A stretch of 64,000 nucleotides of DNA, from the NCBI GenBank assembly GCA_965238075.1, contig OZ250173.1, positions 1,024,001 through 1,088,000 on the forward strand, written 5' to 3'. The notes below the pieces were generated by a model. It was not told where the DNA came from. It ran no database searches and was given only the letters and a program-made list of their open reading frames with translations. How positions within the stretch are numbered: position 1 is the first letter of the stretch; every line of letters begins with the position of its first letter. Source of the stretch: Candidatus Entotheonellaceae bacterium. GTDB lineage: Bacteria; Tectomicrobia; Entotheonellia; Entotheonellales; Entotheonellaceae. Made by a program: the position numbers and the translations under genes. This document shows, piece after piece, positions 10,281 through 19,594 of the stretch.

Positions 10281-12862
10281 GAGAGGGACCGCAGAAGCGC
10301 CCGCCGAGGCACGGCAGGTCGCGGAATCCACACGCAAACGTCAGAGCGCCGATACGCAGCGGCGGCGCACGACCGCCGAGACGGTCGGCCCAGGCCCGGC
10401 GGCGGCGGCGCATCCTGCGCCGCGTGCTCGTCGGCTTTGCCGTTTTGATGCTGTTGGGCATTGCCGGCGTCGGCACGGCGGGCTACGTCGCGTATCGGGA
10501 CCTGGCGACCGACTTACCCGACGTGGCGGCGCTCGAAGATTATCAGCCCAGCCTGGTCACCGAGGTGTACGACCGCCACGAACAACTGATCGCCGAGTTC
10601 TTCGTCGAAAAACGCCGCCTGGTGCACCTCACCGAAATCCCTATCTACGTGCGGCACGCGACAATTGCCGCCGAAGACAGCCGTTTCTACTCGCACAGCG
10701 GCGTGGATTACATCGGTATCGGGCGCGCCGTCTGGGTGAACCTGCGCGCCGGCACCACACGCGAGGGCGCCAGCACGATTACCCAGCAGGTGGCGCGCAA
10801 TCTCTTCCTCACCCGCGAGCGCACGCTGCGGCGCAAAATTCGCGAGGCCATACTGGCCCGTCGCATCGAGCAGCAGTACGACAAAGACAGCATCCTGCAA
10901 ATCTATCTGAACCAGATTTTCTACGGCCACAACACCTACGGCATCGAGGCGGCAGCCCAGCTTTACTGCGACAAATCCGTGGCCGATCTCAGCCTCGCCG
11001 ATGGCGCCATGATCGCCGGTCTGCCGCCGGCCCCGAACACGTATTCACCGCTGAGAAACCCACAGCGCAGCCTGCGGCGGCGGGTACACGTCCTGCGGCG
11101 CATGGTAGACGAGGGTTATCTGGATCCCGAAGCGGCGACAGCGGCGGAACAGGAACCGGTGTGCTCTCCCGGCGAGCGTCCGCACGTCACCCATCGCGTC
11201 AACAAGGCGCCGTATTTCATTGAGCACGTGCGTCAGCATCTGGAAGACGAATACGGCCCGACGGCGCTGTACCGCGGCGGTTTCACGGTGCACACGACGC
11301 TGGATCTGCGGCTGCAACAGGCGGCGCAACGGGCCATCCAGGATGGCCTGTTGACGGTGGACAAGCGCATCCGCCGCGGCGCTTGGAAGCGGCCCTCCCG
11401 CAGCGTGGTGCTCACCTCGGACGCCGCCCGCAACACCACGCTGATCGAGAAGATCACCATGACGCACGGCGCCTCTCCGAAGGTGCGCGACGGGGACTTG
11501 TTGACCGGCGTGGTGCTGGAGGCGCAGGCAGATAGCGCCACCGTGGCCGTCCGCAAGTCGCGCGGCGTGATCAAGCCGGCGGGCATCGAGTGGATCCGAT
11601 CGGTGGCCGGCGAGCCGGGCAAGTTCGACGGTCATTTGACGCGGTTGCTGCGGCGCGGCGACGTCGTACGAGTGCAGGTTATGCAGCCCGACCCCGAGGG
11701 ATTGTCGCACCAGTTGGCGCTGGAGCAGGACCCGGAGGTGCAGGGGGCGTTGCTGGCGCTGGAGGCCAGCAGCAACCACGTGTTGGCCATGATCGGCGGC
11801 TACGACTTTGACAGCAGCCAGTTCAACCGGGCGCTGCGGGCGGTTCGACAGCCCGGTTCGGCGTTCAAGCCGGTCATCTTCGCCGCCGCCATCGAAGCCG
11901 GCATGAATCCGACCTCGCAGGTCGCGGACGAGCCCATCGTGCGCGAGATTCCCGGGGGCGGCACGTGGGAACCGGAAAACTATGACCAGAAATTCCTCGG
12001 GCCGATCCCGCTGCGCCTGGCGCTTACCAAGTCGCGCAATCTGGCGACCATCGACGTGCTGGAGAAAATCGGTGTGGATGCCGCCTGCGCCTACGCCCGG
12101 CGGCTCGTCGTGCGCCGCAAACTGCCGTGCGTGCTGTCCCTGGCCCTGGGGGCCGCGGAGATGACACTGCTCGACGTCACGACCCTCTACGGGGTGTTTG
12201 CCAACCAGGGGATTCATACCGAGCCGGTGTTCATTACCCGCATCGTGGACCGCTATGGAACGGTTAAGGAAGAGCACATGCTGACGGCGCAGCGCGTGAT
12301 GAGCCCGGAGGTGGCCTACACCGTCACCAACATGCTGGAGAGCGTCGTGCAGCACGGCACCGGGCGAGGGGTGCGCGCCCTGGAGCGCCCGGCGGCAGGC
12401 AAGACGGGTACCACGAACGACTTCCACGACGCCTGGTTTATCGGTTATACGCCCGAGATCGTCACCGGCGTATGGGTGGGATTCGACAATCAGATCTCGC
12501 TGGGCAAACGCGAGGGCGGCGGCCGGGTGGCGGCGCCGATCTGGCTGGCGTTCATGCAAAAGGCGTTGCAGGGGCACCCGGTGACGGCTTTTCCGATCCC
12601 GCCGGGCATCCGCTTTGTCCGTCAGGCCGCGCAGGATGAAACGGCTGCCATCACGCGCACGCCAGAGGGCGACCCCAATTTCGAGGTGTTCATCGACCCG
12701 AATTACGCCACCTCAACCGCCGCCTTGATCAACGGCACGGTGACAGCCGTTCCCCTGTTGGCCGAGCCTTCGGCCCCCACCGGCGATACCGTTCAGCCGT
12801 CCCGCCGAAGGCTCAATCAACTGGATCGCCGGCGTCGGGATACTGAAACGCCGGCGCGTTGA
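10277..12862 (+). CDS. mrcA: Penicillin-binding protein 1A (class A PBP) with OB-like insert
   Basis: EDSRFYSH.G, GASTITQQ, RKIRE (glycosyltransferase); SAFK, SRN, KTG (transpeptidase). Confidence 0.93.
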   Translation: MREGPQKRPPRHGRSRNPHANVRAPIRSGGARPPRRSAQARRRRRILRRVLVGFAVLMLLGIAGVGTAGYVAYRDLATDLPDVAALEDYQPSLVTEVYDRHEQLIAEFFVEKRRLVHLTEIPIYVRHATIAAEDSRFYSHSGVDYIGIGRAVWVNLRAGTTREGASTITQQVARNLFLTRERTLRRKIREAILARRIEQQYDKDSILQIYLNQIFYGHNTYGIEAAAQLYCDKSVADLSLADGAMIAGLPPAPNTYSPLRNPQRSLRRRVHVLRRMVDEGYLDPEAATAAEQEPVCSPGERPHVTHRVNKAPYFIEHVRQHLEDEYGPTALYRGGFTVHTTLDLRLQQAAQRAIQDGLLTVDKRIRRGAWKRPSRSVVLTSDAARNTTLIEKITMTHGASPKVRDGDLLTGVVLEAQADSATVAVRKSRGVIKPAGIEWIRSVAGEPGKFDGHLTRLLRRGDVVRVQVMQPDPEGLSHQLALEQDPEVQGALLALEASSNHVLAMIGGYDFDSSQFNRALRAVRQPGSAFKPVIFAAAIEAGMNPTSQVADEPIVREIPGGGTWEPENYDQKFLGPIPLRLALTKSRNLATIDVLEKIGVDAACAYARRLVVRRKLPCVLSLALGAAEMTLLDVTTLYGVFANQGIHTEPVFITRIVDRYGTVKEEHMLTAQRVMSPEVAYTVTNMLESVVQHGTGRGVRALERPAAGKTGTTNDFHDAWFIGYTPEIVTGVWVGFDNQISLGKREGGGRVAAPIWLAFMQKALQGHPVTAFPIPPGIRFVRQAAQDETAAITRTPEGDPNFEVFIDPNYATSTAALINGTVTAVPLLAEPSAPTGDTVQPSRRRLNQLDRRRRDTETPAR

Positions 12863-14732
12863 TCTGGATGATCTTGCCCTCCCGAACGCTCAACACGTAA
12901 AGCACTTTTTCCGCATCCCCATTGGCGTTCATCGTCGTGACGCCGGAGACGCCGGGGAAGCCGCGTATCTGCGCCAAGCCGTCGCGCAGTTCGGGGCGCG
13001 TTCGCGCCCCGGTTCGCAGCACCTGGGCGCACATCATCAGGGTGTCGTAGGCCTGCGCTGCCAGCAGATCGGGAACGGCGCCGTAGCGGTCGCGAAAAGC
13101 GCTCACGAACGCCGCCACGTGCGGCACCGGCGAATCCGCGTAGAAGCCGTCCACGAATACCGCCCCATCCACCACCCACGCCGGGATGGTCGTGATCTCC
13201 GAATGGTTCCAGCCGTCGGTTCCCAACAACTGGACCCCGGCTTCAGCATCATAGGCCAGCTCCGGGGCGAGGCGTGCGATGTTGTCGGCGTAGTCCGGCA
13301 CCAGCAGGGCATCGTAAGTCTCGGTGCGGATACGCCGCACGGCGCGGTGGACGTCTTGGGCGGCGGGTGGGTAGGCGGCTTTCACCACCACCCGGCCGTT
13401 GTGGTCGGCGAGCGCGGCGCTGAAGTGGTCGGCGAGCGCGGCGCCATAGGCATCGTCCGGGTAAAGGATGGCGAAACGCCTGCGGCCCAGCCGTTGGGTG
13501 GCGTATGAGGCCAGCAGACGGCCCTGCATGGCATCGGTCAGGCTGTTGCGAAAGGCGTAGCGGCTGAGCTGCGGGAACTGACTGTCGCGCGCGAATGGCG
13601 AGATGAGCGGCACGCCCAGCTTGTCGGCGAGGGGCGCCAGCTTCTCGGCGGTCTGGCTGAGCAGCGGGCCGATGACGCCAATGACGTGTGCTTCCTCGGC
13701 CAAGGCGTGCAGCGCGCTGCGGGCCGTCTCGGTGCTGGCGCCGGTGTCGCGAATGACCAGCGACAGGTCGAGTTCGGCATGGCGTCGTTGCAGCGTGTCG
13801 AGGGCGAGTTGCACGCTCTGCAGGGCCGACCTGCCGATCTGCCCGGTGGGGCCGGACAGCGGCAGCAGAACGCCGAGCCTGGTGGGGTCGGTGTCAAGCA
13901 TGGCCTCAAGCGTTTGCAAGCGTTCCAGCGTCGTGGCGGCGCCGGGATGCTCCGCGAAGGCGTCGGCCAAGCGGCGCAGGGCGTCGACTTCGGACGGCAC
14001 GTTGCCGGCGCTGCGGTGCCTTTGCGCCAGTTGGGCCAGGATCAGGTCGCCGGGATAGACGGCCGGAAAGCGATGCGAAAGGGCGTCGAGCTGCGGGGCG
14101 TCGAGGTGGTCGCGGACGACGTCGCCGAGCAGGTCGCGGGATTTTTTGGCCAGCGCGGGATCGCCAGCAGCAGCAGCCATGGCCAATTCGCTGATGGCTT
14201 CCCCGTATGTTCGCAGGGCAACCGACGCGGCGCCGAGGTGGTAGTGGGCGCGCGCCGCCTGCGCCGGCGTGGGGGAGGCGTCAAGGGCGCCCTGCAGGGC
14301 CACCCAGCTGCCAGTGTAGTCCCGCTGATCGTAGCGCACCCGTCCCAGGCCGAGATACGCCTCCGCCCGCAGCTCGGAATCCGGGAAGTTGCCGATCAGG
14401 TCCGTGTAGGCCGCGACGGCGTCATCCAGACGGTTCAACGCGGCGGCCAGTTTCCCGGTGGCCAGCCGCGCGTCGTCGCCCAGTGGGCTGTCGGGGAACC
14501 GCTCCATGAAGTCGGCGAACGCCTGCAACGCTTCGGCGTTGTGCTCGTTGCGGCGCAACGCCGAAACGGCCGCGAACACCTCTTCGGCGCTCGGTTCGAC
14601 GCTGGCCTGCGGCGGCTCGGGCTCGGGTGTTGGTGCTGGCGGCCTTGAACACCCGGCGAGGAACAGCAGTGTCAGCACCAGGCAGACCGTGCGCGTCCAT
14701 CGCGTGTACCGGGTGGATCGAGGGGCTTTCAT
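12813..14732 (-). CDS. TPR + periplasmic-binding-protein-fold lipoprotein (LpoA/LppC-like PBP activator)
   Basis: Lipobox LAGC; TPR-like repeats (FPDSPL..DA); GVLLPLSG, IGPL, F.GVSG C-terminal PBP1 domain. Confidence 0.75.
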   Translation of the reverse strand: MKAPRSTRYTRWTRTVCLVLTLLFLAGCSRPPAPTPEPEPPQASVEPSAEEVFAAVSALRRNEHNAEALQAFADFMERFPDSPLGDDARLATGKLAAALNRLDDAVAAYTDLIGNFPDSELRAEAYLGLGRVRYDQRDYTGSWVALQGALDASPTPAQAARAHYHLGAASVALRTYGEAISELAMAAAAGDPALAKKSRDLLGDVVRDHLDAPQLDALSHRFPAVYPGDLILAQLAQRHRSAGNVPSEVDALRRLADAFAEHPGAATTLERLQTLEAMLDTDPTRLGVLLPLSGPTGQIGRSALQSVQLALDTLQRRHAELDLSLVIRDTGASTETARSALHALAEEAHVIGVIGPLLSQTAEKLAPLADKLGVPLISPFARDSQFPQLSRYAFRNSLTDAMQGRLLASYATQRLGRRRFAILYPDDAYGAALADHFSAALADHNGRVVVKAAYPPAAQDVHRAVRRIRTETYDALLVPDYADNIARLAPELAYDAEAGVQLLGTDGWNHSEITTIPAWVVDGAVFVDGFYADSPVPHVAAFVSAFRDRYGAVPDLLAAQAYDTLMMCAQVLRTGARTRPELRDGLAQIRGFPGVSGVTTMNANGDAEKVLYVLSVREGKIIQINAPAFQYPDAGDPVD

Positions 14733-14804
14733 TGCAACTCCGGGAATAGGGATAAGACCGGATGGCGGCGGCGCGCCGGGTGGGCGGGACAAGCCCGCGG
14801 GGTT

Positions 14805-15035
14805 CTACTCGATCACTTCGAGGATCTGGCGTTTTTCTTTCTGGGCTCTGGCGGCGTTCAGGATGGTTCGCATGGCGGTGATGGTGCGACCCTGCTTGCC
14901 GATGACCTTGCCGATGTCGCCGGGGGCGACGCGCAACTCAATGACTACCGCGTGCTCGCCCTCGATGGCTCTGACCTGGACTTCCTCGGGGTTCTCAACA
15001 ATGGTCTTGGCGATCTGTTCGATAAGTTCTTTCAT
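14805..15035 (-). CDS. khpA: KH-domain RNA-binding protein KhpA
   Basis: MKELIEQIAKTIVENPEEV...DIGKVIGKQGRT; GAGGGG RBS. Confidence 0.9.
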   Translation of the reverse strand: MKELIEQIAKTIVENPEEVQVRAIEGEHAVVIELRVAPGDIGKVIGKQGRTITAMRTILNAARAQKEKRQILEVIE

Positions 15036-15285
15036 CGGTTTCCCCTCAACCAAGGTATCGGTCGCTAGCGCTCCCGGTACCCTGTCTTCTACGCTCGCCG
15101 ACGCTCCGCTTCGGCAAGCTGTGGTGCCGGGCGTCTGAGGGCAGACGCCGGCGGCGACTTGGCCGGGTCTTCGCGCGACGCCTGCCAAAAGCGGGGAAGT
15201 GCTGGGCCGGTTCGGCACGCCAAAAAAGTGCGCTATGGTAGTGTCAAACGATACATCGCGCAAGGACGGGTGGGCTGGCGCGGTA

Positions 15286-16710
15286 TCAGGGGCGCTCCGC
15301 GCCGTCGTCGGGTGGGTCTGTGGCCCTCTGATAGTCGTCCTGGTAGCGGGTGATGTCGTCCTCACCGAAATAACTGCCGAGCTGGATTTCGACGAACTGC
15401 AGGTCGCTGTCGTAGGAGTTGATCATGCGGTGTCGGCAGCCTTGGGCGACGAAGATGTAGTCGCCGGTTTTGATGTCGCGGGTGACGTCGTTGAGGATGA
15501 CCTGCCCGGCGCCGCGCACGACGATCCAGTGCTCCTCGCGGTGCTCGTGCGATTGGTAGGACAGGCGGGCGTGCGGGGCGACGGTGATGACCTTGGCCTT
15601 GAAGTGCTGCGGTGCGGCCAGCACCTCGTAGCGGCCCCAGGGGCGTACGTCGAAGCGGTGGTCGTGCTGCGCGGCGGCGGGCAGGCCCTGCTGCCTGACG
15701 GCTTCCACGATTTCCCGCACCCGGTGGCTCTGGCCCTTGCGGGTCACCAACAGGGCGTCGTCGGTATCGACGATGATGAGGTCGTCCACGCCGGCCAGGC
15801 CGTACACCTTGGCGCCTTGCGGATACACGTAGTTGTTGTCGGCGGCAGCCGTGAACACGTGGGCGCCGGAAGCGCCGCCGTTCGACAGGGCGCTCACCTC
15901 TTCCCAGGAACCCACGTCGCTCCAGCCGATGTCGCAGGGAATACACAACAGGGAATCCAGGCGCTCCAGAATGCCGTAGTCGAAGCTGAGCGGTTCGATC
16001 TGCTCGTAAATGGCCGCGAGGTTTGAACACGAAGTGTCAATGGTTGCGATGCCCCGCCACAAGTCGGGCAGCAACGATTGGAAGTGCCCGACCATCGTGT
16101 CGACACGGAACAGGAAGATGCCGGCGTTCCACAGGCAGTTGCCGGCGGCGAGCAACCGGCGCGCCGTGGCCTCGTCCGGCTTTTCGACAAACCGCCTGGC
16201 GGTCAGAACGCGGGGGGCTTCGCGCACCGGGTCGTTATCTGCGGTCTCGATGTAGCCGAACGTGACCGCCGGGCGCGTTGGCGTGATGCCGAGGGTGACC
16301 ACCTTGCCCTTGGCGGCGTACCCGGCCGCCAACTCGACCGCCCGCCGCAGGCCCTCGTCGTCCTCAACCAGATGATCCGCCGGAAAGATGCCCACCACCT
16401 CGCCGCCCTTGCCCCACAGGGTGAACAGGCGGCACACCAGCGCAATGGCCGGCGCCGTGTTGCGGCCGAACGGCTCGTAAACCACCTGTGACTCCGGCAG
16501 GCCGACCTGCCCGCACACTTCGCGTGTGCGCCCCCGTAACGCCTGCGCGGTCACCGTCCACGGGCTGCCCAGGGGCAGCAGCCGCTTCAGCGTTTTCAGG
16601 TACAGGCTTTCATTCGCATCGAACAGGTCGCAGAACGGCTTCGGCCACGACGCCCGCGACACCGGCCACAGCCGCGCCCCACTCCCGCCCGACATCACAA
16701 CAGGTATCAT
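15286..16710 (-). CDS. manC: Mannose-1-phosphate guanylyltransferase / mannose-6-phosphate isomerase
   Basis: GGSG.RLWP.SR...PK, EP.GRNTAPA, FVEKP, WSDVGSW; C-terminal cupin RPWG...HREEHW. Confidence 0.93.
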   Translation of the reverse strand: MIPVVMSGGSGARLWPVSRASWPKPFCDLFDANESLYLKTLKRLLPLGSPWTVTAQALRGRTREVCGQVGLPESQVVYEPFGRNTAPAIALVCRLFTLWGKGGEVVGIFPADHLVEDDEGLRRAVELAAGYAAKGKVVTLGITPTRPAVTFGYIETADNDPVREAPRVLTARRFVEKPDEATARRLLAAGNCLWNAGIFLFRVDTMVGHFQSLLPDLWRGIATIDTSCSNLAAIYEQIEPLSFDYGILERLDSLLCIPCDIGWSDVGSWEEVSALSNGGASGAHVFTAAADNNYVYPQGAKVYGLAGVDDLIIVDTDDALLVTRKGQSHRVREIVEAVRQQGLPAAAQHDHRFDVRPWGRYEVLAAPQHFKAKVITVAPHARLSYQSHEHREEHWIVVRGAGQVILNDVTRDIKTGDYIFVAQGCRHRMINSYDSDLQFVEIQLGSYFGEDDITRYQDDYQRATDPPDDGAERP

Positions 16711-16803
16711 GCCTCGTCTCCCCATACGGCAAGCCTGCCGGACATCATGAAGATTCGGGATCCGCGTAATGAAGAATCGTGTGGTCCCTGATCGGGCCGC
16801 TCT

Positions 16804-17238
16804 TTACACCACGGGATCAGGTGCTTCTTCCCACGTCGCATGTGCCGCCAAGTCGACCGAGTGTTGCTTTTGCAACTCTCGTCGGTCGGGACGATCAGAC
16901 AAATTGAGGCAAATGTCCGCATGATATGGGTTGGATTCGACTGGCGTGGCTTCCACGATTCTTCCGTTTGAAGCCGCATTGTTGGCGGTTAAGATCGCCC
17001 AACCGTAAAAGGTCTTGCCGGCGGGATCCCTTTCCTGGCCTCTTGCCGTCGTGAGCGTTGCCATCTCCAGGCGCGTGGCAAAGTCCATGCGGTCGACGGA
17101 AATCCGGTTATCGGCCGGGCGCACCAGAAACGCCTCCGGGATGGGCTGTGGCCGGTTGGCTCGTTTGGCCTGTCGACTCGAAAACACGCTTCGACCGAGA
17201 TACTCCGCCCCATGCAATGGCGGCGTCTTGTTACGCAA
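16804..17238 (-). CDS. Hypothetical protein, putative ART/RES-like toxin fold
   Basis: TTG start overlaps the upstream TAA; E.LGR...F....ISVDR...G.....NPYHADI pattern. CDS is likely; the function is inferred. Confidence 0.55.
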   Translation of the reverse strand: MRNKTPPLHGAEYLGRSVFSSRQAKRANRPQPIPEAFLVRPADNRISVDRMDFATRLEMATLTTARGQERDPAGKTFYGWAILTANNAASNGRIVEATPVESNPYHADICLNLSDRPDRRELQKQHSVDLAAHATWEEAPDPVV

Positions 17239-17788
17239 GGTTCTGCTGCCAGAGAGACGTCCCGCCCAATGCCCGCAGCTGCGCCTTCAGGAACTCGTCA
17301 GGCAGCGCCGAAGAATCGTCGTAGCGCCGCCGCCGGTTTTCTCCTTGTATGGACGCATAACACCCCGCTTCGCCGCGATTGTTCACCAGGATCAACAGCG
17401 CAGCCGTCACAACGGGGGATTTGAAGTAAATCGCAATCTCTCCGTCCATCGAGGGATATACGGCGGGCTCTATCGGACTATCTCCCAATGTGAAAAGAAG
17501 ACGCTTCACACTTCTCTTCGCCGCATCGCTGATGGACGGATAGCCTTCCTCGGCCGCTTCTTCGTCGATTTGCCTCAATTGCGCCAGAGCGTTCGGCATC
17601 CATCCCGCATGCAGGCCCCGCCTTTGTGCGACAGCCGAGGACAGCATCGACTGTTCGCTTACGTCCGGCAACTGAACTGCACGGGACGTCCATCCCTGAG
17701 ATTTGGGCGAGCGGAGGATCATCCGCGCCCCGTGCTCATCGCCGAAACGCGGCACCGGGTAGCGAATATGCCTAAGTACCTGATTCAT
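17231..17788 (-). CDS. Hypothetical protein (putative antitoxin, apparently unstructured N-terminus)
   Basis: Overlaps both neighbours; C-terminal domain with P.VYPS.DGEI.I.F. Confidence 0.55.
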   Translation of the reverse strand: MNQVLRHIRYPVPRFGDEHGARMILRSPKSQGWTSRAVQLPDVSEQSMLSSAVAQRRGLHAGWMPNALAQLRQIDEEAAEEGYPSISDAAKRSVKRLLFTLGDSPIEPAVYPSMDGEIAIYFKSPVVTAALLILVNNRGEAGCYASIQGENRRRRYDDSSALPDEFLKAQLRALGGTSLWQQNLA

Positions 17789-18497
17789 GATCAACTTCTT
17801 CCGTTTGATAGGCGATGCCGACGGCGCGGTCCGCGATATGGCAGATCCGGTCGATCCAGTGGAGCTCGTCTTCAAAACTCGACAGACCGGAGGCTGAAAC
17901 AAAAATGTGGGTCGTCACGAACAATCCATTGGCCAACACCTCGGACTGCTCCACTGAACGTCGCAACACCCTGTCTCCGTCGCGTTCAACGAGCGTAAAA
18001 CTGGCGGAGGGTCGATACTGCATGCTAGGCACGTTCGCCGCCGCGTTCGCCATTTCATCGCTGGAAAACCGGGCAAGGTGGGCTTCCGCAACACCGGCCA
18101 AGGGGGCCAGATGGCGATTGGCGACCACAGAGTATACGTGCGGCTCGTAGCCGCCGAGTTTTGGCAACAGGAGCGCCGCACCCCGGCTGACGATCTCATA
18201 GACCACCGGATAGTCGGTGCCAAGCAGGTTCGGGAAGGCGAACAGGAGCGAATCCGGTCGAAGGGTCATGGTGCTTGAGCCGCCGTACATCCGGTACGTG
18301 CACCAAGCGTCGCCGGGTTCCGAGGAGGAGGAGGCGCTGAAGTCACGGGGCAGAACCCGCACCAAGACGTCGCTGAAGTCGCGTGTGATACAGGAAACGA
18401 AGGTCTGCTTTGCCCCTTCCCAGTTGCTGATGAACGGGTGCAGGTGGAAGGTAAAGGATGCCTCATCTCGATCAATGCGCACCGGCATATCCTGCAT
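17772..18497 (-). CDS. Hypothetical protein (TIGR04255-like, possible chaperone/sensor)
   Basis: About 241-aa alpha/beta ORF heading a coupled three-gene operon; start uncertain (18488/18497/18509). Confidence 0.55.
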   Translation of the reverse strand: MQDMPVRIDRDEASFTFHLHPFISNWEGAKQTFVSCITRDFSDVLVRVLPRDFSASSSSEPGDAWCTYRMYGGSSTMTLRPDSLLFAFPNLLGTDYPVVYEIVSRGAALLLPKLGGYEPHVYSVVANRHLAPLAGVAEAHLARFSSDEMANAAANVPSMQYRPSASFTLVERDGDRVLRRSVEQSEVLANGLFVTTHIFVSASGLSSFEDELHWIDRICHIADRAVGIAYQTEEVDHESGT

Positions 18498-18626
18498 CGG
18501 GCAACTCACTTCACAACAAGTCGAAGGCTGGAATCCGCGTTGTTATTCCTTGAGGAAGGACTCGCGTGGGCGCACTATAGATGCCGGGCTGTCGCCATGT
18601 CAAACAGGCGTCCAAGGAGTTCCTCC

Positions 18627-19055
18627 ATGTCCTCTGCGCTGCCCACTCTGACCGTCGTGGCCGGGCTCATTCAGCGTCACGGCGACTTGCTGATTTGCCA
18701 GCGGCGGCGTGATGCGGCGTTCGCGTTGCAATGGGAATTTCCGGGCGGCAAGCTGGAGGCGGGCGAGGGCAGCGCGGCGGCGCTGCGCCGGGAGTTGCAG
18801 GAGGAGTTGGGCATCGTGGCCGACATCGGCGCCGGGCTGTACCGCACGCAGCACGACTATCCGGGGCTCTACAGCGTGAAGCTCGTTTTCCACCACGTCA
18901 GCCGCTTCCACGGCGACGTGTGCAACCGGGCCTTTGAGCAGATCCGCTGGGCCGCCCCGGACAGATTGCCGGCGTTCGACTTCCTGGCAGGCGATGCCGA
19001 ACTCATTGGCCTGCTGAACCGGGGGGAGATTTCCGTGCCGCCTACCCGTACCTGA
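18627..19055 (+). CDS. NUDIX hydrolase (MutT/NudG-like)
   Basis: WEFPGGKLE.GE....ALRRELQEELG Nudix box; AAGGAG RBS. Confidence 0.92.
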   Translation: MSSALPTLTVVAGLIQRHGDLLICQRRRDAAFALQWEFPGGKLEAGEGSAAALRRELQEELGIVADIGAGLYRTQHDYPGLYSVKLVFHHVSRFHGDVCNRAFEQIRWAAPDRLPAFDFLAGDAELIGLLNRGEISVPPTRT

Positions 19056-19085
19056 GCCACTGTATGTTGAGATTCCCGGGGGTGC

Positions 19086-19583
19086 TTAACCCTTCCCGTC
19101 TTCCTCGGCCATGCACGCCAGCAGCAAATCCAGCGCCGCCTGCGCAAACGTCCACATGTTCGCTTCGCGGTCGGTTTCCCCGGTTTCCAGCGTGATGGCG
19201 CGCGTCACCGGGCCGGCGACCGCGATGCAGGCGTGCCCGGCAGCGTCGCCGTAGCGGTTGCCGGTGGGGCCGCTGGCGCCGGTTTCGGCCAGGCCCCAGG
19301 TGGCGCCCAGGGTTTCGCGGATGGTGCGGGCGTTCAGCAGCGCGTAAGCCTCCGTGCTGGCCCGCAGCCCCTGCATGGCCTGCGGGCCGATCGCCAACAG
19401 CCCCTCGCGCGACGCCGCGGTATAGATCACGCCGCCGCCGAGGTAATACGCCGAGGCCCCCGGCACCGCCACCAGGGTTGCCGAGATGAGGCCGCCGCAG
19501 GAAGATTCCGATACCCCCAGCGAGGCGCCGGAGGCTTTCAGGCGCTCGCCGACCGACGACGCCATGGCTGATAATCGAGACAT
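19086..19583 (-). CDS. CinA C-terminal / PncC-like protein
   Basis: ESSCGGLIS..L..VPGASAYY.GG; ETGASGP. Confidence 0.88.
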   Translation of the reverse strand: MSRLSAMASSVGERLKASGASLGVSESSCGGLISATLVAVPGASAYYLGGGVIYTAASREGLLAIGPQAMQGLRASTEAYALLNARTIRETLGATWGLAETGASGPTGNRYGDAAGHACIAVAGPVTRAITLETGETDREANMWTFAQAALDLLLACMAEEDGKG

Positions 19584-19594
19584 CGCTTCCCTCC

